Source: Candidatus Omnitrophota bacterium (GTDB lineage Bacteria; Omnitrophota; Gorgyraeia; Zapsychrales; JANLHA01). From it: a stretch of DNA of 64,000 bases. The notes under the pieces were generated by a model, which saw only the letters and a program-made list of their open reading frames with translations, was not told the origin of the DNA and did no database searches. Within the stretch, counting starts at the first letter, position 1. Each line of letters begins with the position of its first letter. The translations under genes and the position numbers were made by a program. The stretch spans positions 4,351-68,350 of the forward strand of contig JACKFI010000003.1 in NCBI GenBank assembly GCA_020632555.1, in the 5' to 3' direction. Shown here in pieces: positions 53,850-63,171 of the stretch.

Positions 53850-55112
53850 ATGAATAAAAAACGACACAGTGCAATTCGGAAAATGGCACAAAAAGCCAGA
53901 ACCGCTGCTTTGCGTTTGGCGCAAACAAACGTCGACGAGAAGAATAATGCCTTGCTGGCGATGGCGGGTGCGATTTTAGTGAATAAGGACTTGTTAATCA
54001 AAGAAAACAAAAAAGATATTCAATTTGCTTTGAAGCAGAAATATTCGGCGGCGTTGGTTGATCGTTTGCGTTTGGACGAAAAACGGATTGTCGCGATGGC
54101 GCAGTGTTTAAAAGATACCGCCGCCCTGCGAGATCCCGTCGGAGATATTTTAGAAACGATTGAGCGTCCCAATGGTTTGGTGATTAAAAAAGTTCGCGTG
54201 CCCATTGGCGTTGTGGGGATTATTTATGAATCACGCCCGAATGTGACCAGCGATTGTATCGGGTTGTGTTTGAAATCCGGCAATGCCGTGATTCTCAAAG
54301 GCGGCAAAGAAGCAGCGCATTCTAATCAAGCGATTTTTAAAATTTGCCGCAAAGCTCTCAAGCAGACGGCCATCCCATTGGATGCGATTGGGTTTGTTTC
54401 GTCGACAGATCGAAAAGCGGTTGAAGAGCTGTTAAAACTGGATGATTTGGTGGATGTGATTATTCCTCGAGGAGGAGAGGGATTGATTCGTTTTGTCGCC
54501 GAGAACTCGCGCATTCCCGTGATTAAGCATTACAAGGGCGTTTGTCACACCTATGTTAGCGATCAGGCGGATTTGGCGATGGCAGAGGAAGTTTGTTTTA
54601 ATGCCAAGGTGCAAAGGCCGGGGACGTGCAATGCGATGGAAAAAATGCTGGTGCATAAAGATATTGCGTCGGTGTTTTTAAAAGATATTTTGCATCGTTT
54701 CACTGAAGCTGGCGTTGAGCTGCGAGGGGATGCCAAAACGCGCAAGATTTCAAAACGTGTCAAGCCAGCCACCAAAGAGGATTGGACCACAGAGTATTTG
54801 GATTTGATTTTGACGGTTAAGATTGTTGATTCGCTGGATGAGGCGATTTCGCATATCAATACCTATGGCTCGCATCATTCGGATGCGATTATGACCACAA
54901 GCGACGCAGAGATTGAGAAGTTTTTTAAATCCATTGATTCAGCGTGTGTGTATGCCAATGCTTCAACGCGTTTTACCGACGGATATGAGTTTGGGTTTGG
55001 TGCGGAAGTGGGGATTAGCACCGACAAAATTCATGCCCGCGGACCGATGGGTTTGGAAGGTTTGACGACGTATAAATATATTGTGTCGGGCAACGGGCAG
55101 ATACGAATATAA
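53850..55112 (+). CDS. proA: Glutamate-5-semialdehyde dehydrogenase
   Basis: 'IYESRPNVT', 'ILKGGKEA', catalytic 'GTCNAMEKMLVH'. Confidence 0.9.
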   Translation: MNKKRHSAIRKMAQKARTAALRLAQTNVDEKNNALLAMAGAILVNKDLLIKENKKDIQFALKQKYSAALVDRLRLDEKRIVAMAQCLKDTAALRDPVGDILETIERPNGLVIKKVRVPIGVVGIIYESRPNVTSDCIGLCLKSGNAVILKGGKEAAHSNQAIFKICRKALKQTAIPLDAIGFVSSTDRKAVEELLKLDDLVDVIIPRGGEGLIRFVAENSRIPVIKHYKGVCHTYVSDQADLAMAEEVCFNAKVQRPGTCNAMEKMLVHKDIASVFLKDILHRFTEAGVELRGDAKTRKISKRVKPATKEDWTTEYLDLILTVKIVDSLDEAISHINTYGSHHSDAIMTTSDAEIEKFFKSIDSACVYANASTRFTDGYEFGFGAEVGISTDKIHARGPMGLEGLTTYKYIVSGNGQIRI

Positions 55113-55123
55113 ATTGAGTATTT

Positions 55124-55157
55124 GTCTTTGCGAGGTGCAAAGCGACGAAGCAATCTT
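55124..55157. repeat. Copy of the GTCTTTGCGAG...CGACGAAGCAATCTT repeat family
   Basis: gtctttgcgaggtgcaaagcgacgaagcaatctt, with the internal hairpin ctttgc/gcaaag. Confidence 0.7.
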
Positions 55158-55301
55158 GGTTTCGTTATGTATATAAAGGGAAATTGTTTGATCTGGCTGT
55201 GGTTTGTTCTGAGAATGACTTTGGACGCTCGCCAAACTCGCGCAGGACAACAAATCATCCTAGCAAATAAAAATATTAAGTAAGTTAAAGAAGGCAAGAT
55301 A

Positions 55302-55380
55302 CGAAGGTTTGGGTGATTTTACGGCTCAATTGTTTTGCGCGTCTATCGCGCCATTTGCCTTACAATCATCCAAACCTTCG
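55302..55380. repeat. Hairpin element copy C (core 55323-55359)
   Basis: Arms cgaaggtttgggtgatt (55302-55318) and aatcatccaaaccttcg (55364-55380) are complementary with one G.T pair. The core is ggctcaattgttttgcgcgtctatcgcgccatttgcc. Confidence 0.8.
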
Positions 55381-55401
55381 CATCAATTAAAAGAGAACAG
55401 C

Positions 55402-55992
55402 ATGAAGCGTATCGGTCTTTTTGGCGGGACATTTAATCCGATTCATATGGGCCATTTGGCCATCGCGCAAATGGCGCAGGAAGCCTTTAAACTCGACAAG
55501 GTTATCTTTATTCCGTCGCATCAGCCGCCGCATAAAAATATCGCATCGCTGGCTTTGGCCAAAGATCGGTATAAAATGGTCAAATTAGCGACGGCAGGCA
55601 ATGACCGCTTTGAGGTCTCTGATGTTGAAACTTTGCGCGATGGCAAGTCGTACACAATTGACACATTGCGTCATTTTCGCAAATTATATTCTTCGCAAGC
55701 CAAGCTTTTTTTTATTGTTGGTGGCGATAGTTTTTCGACTTTGCCAAAATGGAAGAATATCGACGAGATTCTCAAGTTGGTGACTTTCATTGTGGTCAAT
55801 CGGCCCGGCTCGTATGCTTCGAAGAAAAATATCAAACATTTAACCGTGACCAAGCCGGGGATTGATATTTCCTCTTCGTATTTGCGAGAGCGTATTGAAT
55901 CAGGAAAATCGGTTCGCTATTTGGTTCCGGAAGTGATTTTTCACTATATTGAAAAACACGAACTTTATAAAAATGAATTCAAGAAAGGGTAA
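55402..55992 (+). CDS. nadD: Nicotinate-nucleotide adenylyltransferase
   Basis: 'GLFGGTFNPIHMGH' ((H/T)xGH motif) and 'ISSSYLRERI' (ISSTxxR-type). The track's N-terminal extension (55309-55401) translates the hairpin element. Confidence 0.9.
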   Translation: MKRIGLFGGTFNPIHMGHLAIAQMAQEAFKLDKVIFIPSHQPPHKNIASLALAKDRYKMVKLATAGNDRFEVSDVETLRDGKSYTIDTLRHFRKLYSSQAKLFFIVGGDSFSTLPKWKNIDEILKLVTFIVVNRPGSYASKKNIKHLTVTKPGIDISSSYLRERIESGKSVRYLVPEVIFHYIEKHELYKNEFKKG

Positions 55993-55997
55993 TCATT

Positions 55998-57419
55998 ATG
56001 AGCGCAACTCAAGAAATCAAATTTGGTACCGACGGCTGGCGTGCCGTTATTGGGGATACGTTTACTTTTAAAAATGTCAAGATTTGCAGCCAGGGGATTG
56101 CTCAGTGGATTAACAATGATTTGAAACCCATCGATGGGCGCAAAGCGATTTGTATCGGTTTTGACACGCGTTTTATGTCCAGAGATTTTGCGCATTTGGT
56201 TGCCTGTGTGATTGTTGCCAATGGCATTGAGGTTATTTTGTCAGACAGCCCGCTGCCGACGCCGGCATTAAGTTACGCCGTGCCGAGCCACAAATGCGTG
56301 GCTGGGATTATGATTACCGCCAGCCACAATCCGCATCAGTTTAACGGCATCAAAATCAAAACATGGCAAGGCGGTGGAGCATCGCGCGACATTACCGATA
56401 AAGTTGAGGGGTATTTGTTTAAGACCGAGGTTAAGATTGTCGATTTTGACAAAGCTAAGATCGACGGGGAAATTAAGGTCATCAACCTGAAGACCAAATA
56501 TTTGCAGTTTATGAAAAACTATATTGATTTGAAAAAAATCAAACCGACCAAATTCAAGGTGATTATGGACGCGATGCACGGCAGCGGCAATGGTTTGATT
56601 GGTGAAATTCTCAAAGGCACCAATACGCGCTTGTCTTTGATGCGTTCAGAAATCAATCCGTATTTTGACGGTAAGAAGCCCGAGCCGATTGTGGAAATGT
56701 TGGATGGGATTTTGGCGCGCGTTAAAAAAGAGAAGTTTGATTTAGGGCTGGTTCTCGACGGAGACGCGGATCGCATCGCGGCGGTTGCGGCAGGCGGTGA
56801 GTTTCTTCATCCGCAAAAGATTTTAGGTCTTTTGATTTTGCATTTGGCGCGTAACCGGGGGCGCACCGGCGGTGTTGTCAAAACAATTTGCGGCACGACT
56901 TTGATTGACAATATTGCCAAGAAGTTGAACTTGAAATTGTACGAGACGCCGGTGGGATTTAAGTATATTTCTGATTTGATGGTCACCCAGCGGATTATTG
57001 CCGGCGGAGAAGAAGCTGGGGGTTTGGGTTTTCAGGATTATATTCCCGAGCGCGACGGAACTTTGGCTGGTTTGCTTTTGTTGGAAATGATGGTGTACCA
57101 GAAGAAGAATATCAAGAAAATCATCGACGAGATGGAAAAAGAATTTGGCCGCTATTATTATTTGCGCGCTGATGTTAAGTTGACTCCGGGCGTGTCGGTT
57201 GATTTAAATAAGTTTAAAGCGCTGGATACTTTGTTGGGTAAGAAGGTGGTCGGGATGAAAGATTTTGACGGCGTGAAGCTGATTTGTGCTGATGAAAGCT
57301 GGTTGATGTTTCGTCCGTCGGGCACTGAGCCTTTGGTGCGCGCTTACGCGGAGGCCAAATCTTTGACTCGTTCCAAACAGTTGATCAAATACGGCGAAGC
57401 TTTATTATTAGGAAAATAA
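55998..57419 (+). CDS. Alpha-D-phosphohexomutase (phosphoglucomutase/phosphomannomutase family)
   Basis: Active-site 'ITASHNP', metal loop 'LDGDADRI', sugar-binding 'GGEEAGG'. Confidence 0.85.
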   Translation: MSATQEIKFGTDGWRAVIGDTFTFKNVKICSQGIAQWINNDLKPIDGRKAICIGFDTRFMSRDFAHLVACVIVANGIEVILSDSPLPTPALSYAVPSHKCVAGIMITASHNPHQFNGIKIKTWQGGGASRDITDKVEGYLFKTEVKIVDFDKAKIDGEIKVINLKTKYLQFMKNYIDLKKIKPTKFKVIMDAMHGSGNGLIGEILKGTNTRLSLMRSEINPYFDGKKPEPIVEMLDGILARVKKEKFDLGLVLDGDADRIAAVAAGGEFLHPQKILGLLILHLARNRGRTGGVVKTICGTTLIDNIAKKLNLKLYETPVGFKYISDLMVTQRIIAGGEEAGGLGFQDYIPERDGTLAGLLLLEMMVYQKKNIKKIIDEMEKEFGRYYYLRADVKLTPGVSVDLNKFKALDTLLGKKVVGMKDFDGVKLICADESWLMFRPSGTEPLVRAYAEAKSLTRSKQLIKYGEALLLGK

Positions 57420-57423
57420 AAAC

Positions 57424-58011
57424 GTGATTCCTTTGTATTGGCCAGCTTATGCGGTGATTTCTGTCGCTAATCTATTTTTTTTCCCGCTGACCATAAGGGG
57501 CAGAGAGCATATTCCGCCTACGGGCGCGTTTATTGCCGCCTGCAATCATATCAGTAATTTTGACCCGCCTTTAGTCAGTTATGCCGTTGGGCGGCCGATT
57601 TATCACATTGCCAAGAAAAGTTTGTTTGCTAATAGAGTTTTTGGCTTTTTGCTTGCCAGCGTCGGGGCTTTCCCGATTAAAAGGGAAGGTTCTGACGTTA
57701 GCGCGATGCGCGAATGTTTGCGTAAGTTGAAATCTGGCCAGCCGCTGGCCCTTTTTCCTACCGGAACGCGTGTTGTAGGCGATGAGGCGATCAGTGCTAA
57801 GGCGGGCGTTGGTTTTTTGGCGGTTAAGGCAGGGGTACCTATTATTCCTATTCAAATTTCTGGGACCGATCAGGTTATGCCCAAAGGGTCCAAACGCTTA
57901 TACAAACATCCAGTCACGATTATTATTGGTGAACCGATTCATGTTGGACGAAATGTAAAATATGAAGAAATCGCCGCCGATATTCTGCAAAAAATCACTG
58001 ATTTAAAATGA
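57424..58011 (+). CDS. plsC: 1-acyl-sn-glycerol-3-phosphate acyltransferase
   Basis: HX4D motif 'CNHISNFD', 'FPTGTR' block, 'VPIIPI'. Confidence 0.85.
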   Translation: MIPLYWPAYAVISVANLFFFPLTIRGREHIPPTGAFIAACNHISNFDPPLVSYAVGRPIYHIAKKSLFANRVFGFLLASVGAFPIKREGSDVSAMRECLRKLKSGQPLALFPTGTRVVGDEAISAKAGVGFLAVKAGVPIIPIQISGTDQVMPKGSKRLYKHPVTIIIGEPIHVGRNVKYEEIAADILQKITDLK

Positions 58012-58086
58012 ACAATTTGCTTAATGAATCAAAGATTACATGATATAAAAAGGGCAGTCTTTTTAACTAGAGAAAGTGCTTTTTTT

Positions 58087-58782
58087 ATGTTGATCAACAA
58101 ATTTTTCCTACGGCTGTTTTTCTTTCTTTCCTTTCTGAGTGTGTCTTTTTTATTTCTGCCAAATTGTGCCTTGGCCAATAACTTAACAATTAGCAATGTC
58201 ACGCTCGAAGACCGCAATGCGACAGCCAACACGATGGTGGTGCAGTTTGATATCAGCTGGGATCACAGCTGGCGCAAAGACGACGGTCGCCACGACGCGG
58301 CGTGGGTGTTTGTCAAGCTTTACCAAAATTCCACCGCCCCGTGGGTGCACGGCAAACTTTACACCGCAGGAACCAATCCGGTCGGTGGGTCCTCGGGTTC
58401 GAATCCCGACTTGAAGATTGTTGTCCCCTCAGACAAAATCGGCGCGTTTATTTCCCGCACGGCCACTGGCCGTGGCACCTTTTCTTCCAAAAAAGTACGT
58501 TTGGTGGTCGACTACGGCAGCAGCGGCTTGGCCGTACCGCATCGTGGCGAGGCCGAGTCCTTTTCGGCAGAAGTTAGGAAACTTCTGCCAAAGCGTCAAC
58601 CATCAAGGTTGATGCGAGAGTGCAGAAGTCAGGAAACTTCTGCCGAAGCAATCCTTAGAGTATATGATAAAGTGGTTAGTAGTGTCTTTGCGAGGAGACA
58701 TTCAGTTGTTCACGGCGACGTGGCAATCTTGAAGGAACAGGCTTTAGGGGTTAGGTGGTGGACTGTAGATGCTGGACACTGA
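58087..58782 (+). CDS. Hypothetical exported protein; the 3' third probably reads through palindromic repeats
   Basis: The ATG at 58087 gives the signal-like sequence MLINKFFLRLFFFLSFLSVSFLFLPNCALA. 58200-58560 is visibly GC-richer than its neighbours. The last roughly 75 codons overlap hairpin repeats at 58551-58730. Confidence 0.35.
   Translation: MLINKFFLRLFFFLSFLSVSFLFLPNCALANNLTISNVTLEDRNATANTMVVQFDISWDHSWRKDDGRHDAAWVFVKLYQNSTAPWVHGKLYTAGTNPVGGSSGSNPDLKIVVPSDKIGAFISRTATGRGTFSSKKVRLVVDYGSSGLAVPHRGEAESFSAEVRKLLPKRQPSRLMRECRSQETSAEAILRVYDKVVSSVFARRHSVVHGDVAILKEQALGVRWWTVDAGH
58566..58643. repeat. Two near-identical perfect hairpins flanking a third hairpin
   Basis: ggcagaagtt-agg-aaacttctgcc (58566-58589), gtcaacc-atca-aggttgat (58595-58613) and gcagaagtc-agg-aaacttctgc (58622-58643). 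These are followed by cgaagcaatcc and by the 58684-58730 copy of the GTCTTTGCGAG family. Confidence 0.75.
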
Positions 58783-58791
58783 AATAAAATT

Positions 58792-61700
58792 ATGAAGATA
58801 GACGAATTTTTGACATTACCAGAACTTTTGGCTTTGCGTGTTGAAAGTTCAGCCAATGATGTCGGGTTTTGGGAACTCAACTCGCGTGACCAATGGGAGC
58901 CAGTAACGTGGTTGGCTTTTTCTGAGCAAGTGACCCAAACCGCTGCTCGTTTAGCCGCCCGAGGTGTGCGCCCGGGTGACCGCGTCGGCTTGCTATTTTC
59001 AAATGGATTAAATTGGGAAATTTTGCATCAAGCTATTTTGCGTTTGGGCGCGGTGGTTGTCGGTTTGGATCGTAATGATCCGGTTGATCGCTTGCACGCG
59101 ATTTTTGAAAGTGCGCGCCCGACAGCTTTATTTGTCGAGCAAGCTCAATTAGCCAGTTTTTTGACGCAAGAGGCTCAAGCTGCTTTAGTGTGTAAGGTTT
59201 CTTTTTCTGCTAAACCCGAACAAGATTGGGAATCGTGGACGGATTTTAATACCAGCGTTGTTGATCTAAAACTTTTACCAGCCCAGCCCAGCCCCAATCA
59301 ACCTGCGACTTTGATTTATACTTCCGGAACAACCGGAGCAGAGAAGGGTATTCTCTACACCCAGGCTCAAATGGCGATGGCCGCACGTTGTATTTCGCGC
59401 AATTATGGCGATTTGGGCGAAGGCAAGAAATTGATTTGCTGGCTGCCTTTGTCGGCACTTTTTCAGCGAATGGCGAATTTGTACGCGATGCTGATGGGAG
59501 CACAAACATATTTCTTAGCCGATCCAAGACGGATTATGGAAGTTTTGCCAACGGTATCTCCGGATTTCTTTATTAGTGTTCCTCGATTTTATGAAAAAGT
59601 TTTGGCTGGCATTGAAAGTAAAGTCAAACATTCGCCCTGGCCGTTGAAGATGCTTTATTATTCAGCGTTGGGTATCAGCGGGGCTCGTGCCCGTCGAATA
59701 CGTGAAGGAAAGAACGTGGGCATCTTATTAAAAATTCTTCAGCCCATGACTGATCGAATGGTATTGTCCAAAGTTCGCGCCATTATGGGCAAGCGATTGT
59801 CATATATGGTTTCGGGTTCTGCGGCGATACCGATACATCTTTTGGAATACTATCATGCTTTAGGCTGGGTTATTCTTGAAGCTTACGGGTTTTCAGAAAA
59901 TATTATTCCCATGGCGATGAATCAACCCAATTCTTTTCGTTTTGGGACAGTGGGAAAAATTCTTCCCGAGAATGATTTTCGTTTTGACACCGAGTCTGTA
60001 CTGCAAGTTCGCGGGCCGGGGCTTTTTCAGGGGTATTATGGCGACACGACGCTCAAGCCTTTCACCGACGATGGTTATTATGATACCGGGGATTTTGGTG
60101 AACTGATTGATGGCTTTTTATTGCTTAAAGGTCGTCGTTCTGAATTGATCAAAACATCCACCGGCCGCCGTGTTGCGCCAGTCAATGTTGAGACGGCTTT
60201 GAAAACCTGTTCTTTGATTGATCAAGCGGTTGTTTTTGGCAGTGGACATAAACAGTTGATTGCTTTGATCACACTCAATAGCGAGGCTTTAACGGCCTTG
60301 GGAATGTCCACGTTGCTCGATCCGCCGGCGGATAAATTGAAAGCCGTTTTGAAAGAAGGATTGCTGGCGGCAGCCCATTCTTTGCCCGCGCATGAGCGTC
60401 CGGCAGGATATATGATTTTACAGCATTCCTTGTCAATTGCCGCCGGAGAGATTACGTCGAGCTTAAAATTGCGTCGTAAAAATATCGCGGAACGATATAA
60501 ATTTTTTATGGACTCGCTTTTTGCGCAGGTGGATGTTCAAGAGACCAAAGAGGTAAATTTGGTTTTTGTTTCAGAGGCGCAAATGCAGCAAGCCCGTTTT
60601 GCGGATGTGCCGACACAAACAGAAGTGGTGAGTTCCAAATTCAAGCGCATGTTTCTTTTATTGCGCATATTTCTTCGTGTTGTTGAGATCAAGTTCTGGG
60701 ATGTGTTTCCGCATTTGGATTTGGGCGCGGCTTGGTTTGAACAGCGGCATAAGCAATCTTTGCGAAGAATTGGCAATATCATTAGTCGGGAATTATCTTA
60801 TTTGAAAGGGCCGGCCGCAAAACTTGGACAAATGGCCAGTTACTTAACCGACGCTGTTCCTCTGCTGATTCGGCATTCATTGGCGAAATTGCAATCAGGT
60901 GCTGTTCCTTTATCTTCGGATCAAATCATTAAAATTGTTGAAGAGTCTTTAGGCCACCCATTGGATGTGATGTTTGAGCAATGGGATCATTTGCCTCTGG
61001 CTGTTGCCAGTATGAGTCAGGTGCATTTAGCGCGTCTAAAAACCGGAGAGCGAGTTGTCGTTAAAGTTTTGTATCCTGACGCGCAAAAGATTGTTTCGGC
61101 AGATATTGAAATTTTAAAAGCAATTTTTCCGCTTTTAGGGCGAGCGATGGGTTTTACCAACGGCAGAGAATTGATGATTGAATTATTAGATTTATTTGAA
61201 CAGGAATGTGATTTTTCAAAGGAAGCCGTCAATCAACAAATTTTTGCCAAAATATTTAAAGATAATCCCAACGTAATTATTCCCAAAGTCTATATGAAGT
61301 TTACGTCCAAACAAGTTCTAACAATGGAGTATGTCAACGGGATTGCTTACGACCAGTTTAAAGAGGCGGCAACTCAGCAAGCTAAGGATGATGCGGCAAA
61401 GATTATATTTACTGTGACATCGCAATCAATTGCACGATACGGTATTTTTAACGCGGATCCACATCCGGGGAATTATTTGTTTGTTGGGAATAAAGTGTGT
61501 TTTTTAGATTTTGGTTTTGTTCGTCGCTGGCCAAAAGAATTCATTGATTTATGGAAACAGCAAAGTTTGGCTGGCGCCAGCAAGGATGTAGAAGCTTTTA
61601 CAAAAGCAACCGAGGCGTTGGGGTTTAAAGGTGTTAAAGATTATCAAAAGCTGATGAATCAGTTTACAGATATTTCGTATGTGCCTTGGAAGGATGATCG

Positions 61701-61935
61701 AGTTTTTGGTTTTACGCCAGATTTTATAAAAGCGGAAGTGGGTAAGATTTTTTATTATGACAATAAAGTTGGGCCATTGCATATGCCATCTGAATTTACT
61801 GCGATATCACGATTATTCGCCGGGCAATACGCGGTGTTTTCTGATTTGCAGGCTAAAGCCAATTGGCATCGTATTTTAATGCCGATGTTGTTGGGCCCCA
61901 CGTTTTCTTTAAAAGACATCGAGCTGATGTTGTAA
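58792..61935 (+). CDS. Fusion protein: N-terminal acyl-AMP/acyl-CoA ligase (ANL superfamily) and C-terminal ABC1/UbiB atypical kinase domain
   Basis: N-terminal 'TLIYTSGTTGAEKG', 'EAYGFSEN', 'YDTGDFG...KGRRSELIKTSTGRRVAP'. C-terminal 'GPAAKLGQMAS', 'AVASMSQVHLARLKTGERVVVKVLYPD', 'EQECDFSKEA', 'VLTMEYVNG', 'FNADPHPGNYLF', 'FLDFG'. Confidence 0.8.
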   Translation: MKIDEFLTLPELLALRVESSANDVGFWELNSRDQWEPVTWLAFSEQVTQTAARLAARGVRPGDRVGLLFSNGLNWEILHQAILRLGAVVVGLDRNDPVDRLHAIFESARPTALFVEQAQLASFLTQEAQAALVCKVSFSAKPEQDWESWTDFNTSVVDLKLLPAQPSPNQPATLIYTSGTTGAEKGILYTQAQMAMAARCISRNYGDLGEGKKLICWLPLSALFQRMANLYAMLMGAQTYFLADPRRIMEVLPTVSPDFFISVPRFYEKVLAGIESKVKHSPWPLKMLYYSALGISGARARRIREGKNVGILLKILQPMTDRMVLSKVRAIMGKRLSYMVSGSAAIPIHLLEYYHALGWVILEAYGFSENIIPMAMNQPNSFRFGTVGKILPENDFRFDTESVLQVRGPGLFQGYYGDTTLKPFTDDGYYDTGDFGELIDGFLLLKGRRSELIKTSTGRRVAPVNVETALKTCSLIDQAVVFGSGHKQLIALITLNSEALTALGMSTLLDPPADKLKAVLKEGLLAAAHSLPAHERPAGYMILQHSLSIAAGEITSSLKLRRKNIAERYKFFMDSLFAQVDVQETKEVNLVFVSEAQMQQARFADVPTQTEVVSSKFKRMFLLLRIFLRVVEIKFWDVFPHLDLGAAWFEQRHKQSLRRIGNIISRELSYLKGPAAKLGQMASYLTDAVPLLIRHSLAKLQSGAVPLSSDQIIKIVEESLGHPLDVMFEQWDHLPLAVASMSQVHLARLKTGERVVVKVLYPDAQKIVSADIEILKAIFPLLGRAMGFTNGRELMIELLDLFEQECDFSKEAVNQQIFAKIFKDNPNVIIPKVYMKFTSKQVLTMEYVNGIAYDQFKEAATQQAKDDAAKIIFTVTSQSIARYGIFNADPHPGNYLFVGNKVCFLDFGFVRRWPKEFIDLWKQQSLAGASKDVEAFTKATEALGFKGVKDYQKLMNQFTDISYVPWKDDRVFGFTPDFIKAEVGKIFYYDNKVGPLHMPSEFTAISRLFAGQYAVFSDLQAKANWHRILMPMLLGPTFSLKDIELML

Positions 61936-61991
61936 TTTAAGATTTAGAATAGAAAAAGCTTGGGGTATTTAAGTAGAAAGGTTATCCAGCG

Positions 61992-63146
61992 ATGTCAGAA
62001 GTTTTTTTTATAACGGGGGCGACAGGAAATATCGGCGGGCGCTTGATTCCCGAACTTTTGCGGGATTCAGACTGCCGGCTGATTCTTTTGATCACCGGTA
62101 AAAATGATGAACATGCTCGTCAAAAAAAGGATGCAGCATTGGCATTCTGGCAAGTCAATACTGACGATGAAAAAAAACGGGTTGATGTGGTGCGTGGAGA
62201 TATGACCGTTGCGGGGTTGGGTTTATCTCCTGCCGATTATCAGCGTCTTGCCGGGCAAGTCACCCAAATCATTCATTGTGCGGCTAGTCTGAAGTTGAAT
62301 TTGACTTTGGACGCCGCGCGCACATCCATTCTCGACGGAACCGAACATATGGTGGCTTTAGCACAAGCGTGTCAGCCGGCTGGACGGTTTAAGCGATTTC
62401 ATTATTTGAGCACTTTGGAAGTATCCGGCGAATTTTGCGGGCTTTTTAAAGAAGAGTTTTTCTCTCTGGCGAATCATAAGTTCCTAAATACTTATGAACA
62501 AGCTAAAGCTGAGGTCGAAGAATTCTTGCGGCAAAAACATGTTAATGAAAATATGCCTTTGACCATATATCGACCGAGCATGGTGGTGGGTGATTCAAAA
62601 ACCGGCCGGATTCGAAATTTTCAATCTTTTTATTATCTTTTGCGGGATATGGTCATTGCCCCACAAACTCCGGTTTTACCGATGAGCCCAACGTTTCGGG
62701 TGGAATTGTCGCCGGTGGATTATATTGCAGAGTTTATTGCTGCCGTTGCTAAAACCGGCCAAGAGACCAATGGTCAAATTTATCATCTGACCAATGGCGG
62801 CCCACAGCAGTTAATCAGCTTGTCGCAGTTTATCGATTTGGCGCGGGCAACAGTTCGTCAATTGACGGGACGTAAGCCAGCTAAAAGATTTTTTGTCTCG
62901 CCGAAAATTTTAATTGGATTGTTATCATTTTTTAAGTTGTTTTCGTTTGGCGCGGCACGCAAGTTGATTGAAACACAATTGATTTTTTTGCAATTTTATT
63001 TATTAGACGTGATTTTTGATAATCAGAATATGCGGCAGTTCGCTCGGGTTCATCATATTACTGTGCCCAGTGTTGAGGAGTGTTTGCCGATATTGTGTCA
63101 GTATTATTTTTCACAAAAGAAAAATGATATAAAGCAGTTAACATAA
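61992..63146 (+). CDS. Thioester/fatty-acyl reductase-type SDR (NAD_binding_4 / 'male sterility' family)
   Basis: 'FITGATGNIGGRL' (TGxxGxxG), 'YEQAK' (YxxxK), 'IYRPSMVVGDSKTG', plus a hydrophobic C-terminal tail. Confidence 0.75.
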   Translation: MSEVFFITGATGNIGGRLIPELLRDSDCRLILLITGKNDEHARQKKDAALAFWQVNTDDEKKRVDVVRGDMTVAGLGLSPADYQRLAGQVTQIIHCAASLKLNLTLDAARTSILDGTEHMVALAQACQPAGRFKRFHYLSTLEVSGEFCGLFKEEFFSLANHKFLNTYEQAKAEVEEFLRQKHVNENMPLTIYRPSMVVGDSKTGRIRNFQSFYYLLRDMVIAPQTPVLPMSPTFRVELSPVDYIAEFIAAVAKTGQETNGQIYHLTNGGPQQLISLSQFIDLARATVRQLTGRKPAKRFFVSPKILIGLLSFFKLFSFGAARKLIETQLIFLQFYLLDVIFDNQNMRQFARVHHITVPSVEECLPILCQYYFSQKKNDIKQLT

Positions 63147-63171
63147 GTTTTAAAATTGCAGAGGAGAACCA

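Noticed and set aside
55309-55401. N-terminal extensions proposed by the ORF track for nadD (55309). The same issue applies to lgt (21099), pilB1 (32585), the minor pilin (41213), pilN (45657), the small membrane protein (52140), proB (52743), the secretin (4106), the spy-like gene (8665) and the GGDEF protein (30611).
   Set aside because: The extensions translate repeat elements, terminators or the 3' ends of upstream genes. Internal starts with RBS-like sequences give canonical family N-termini.
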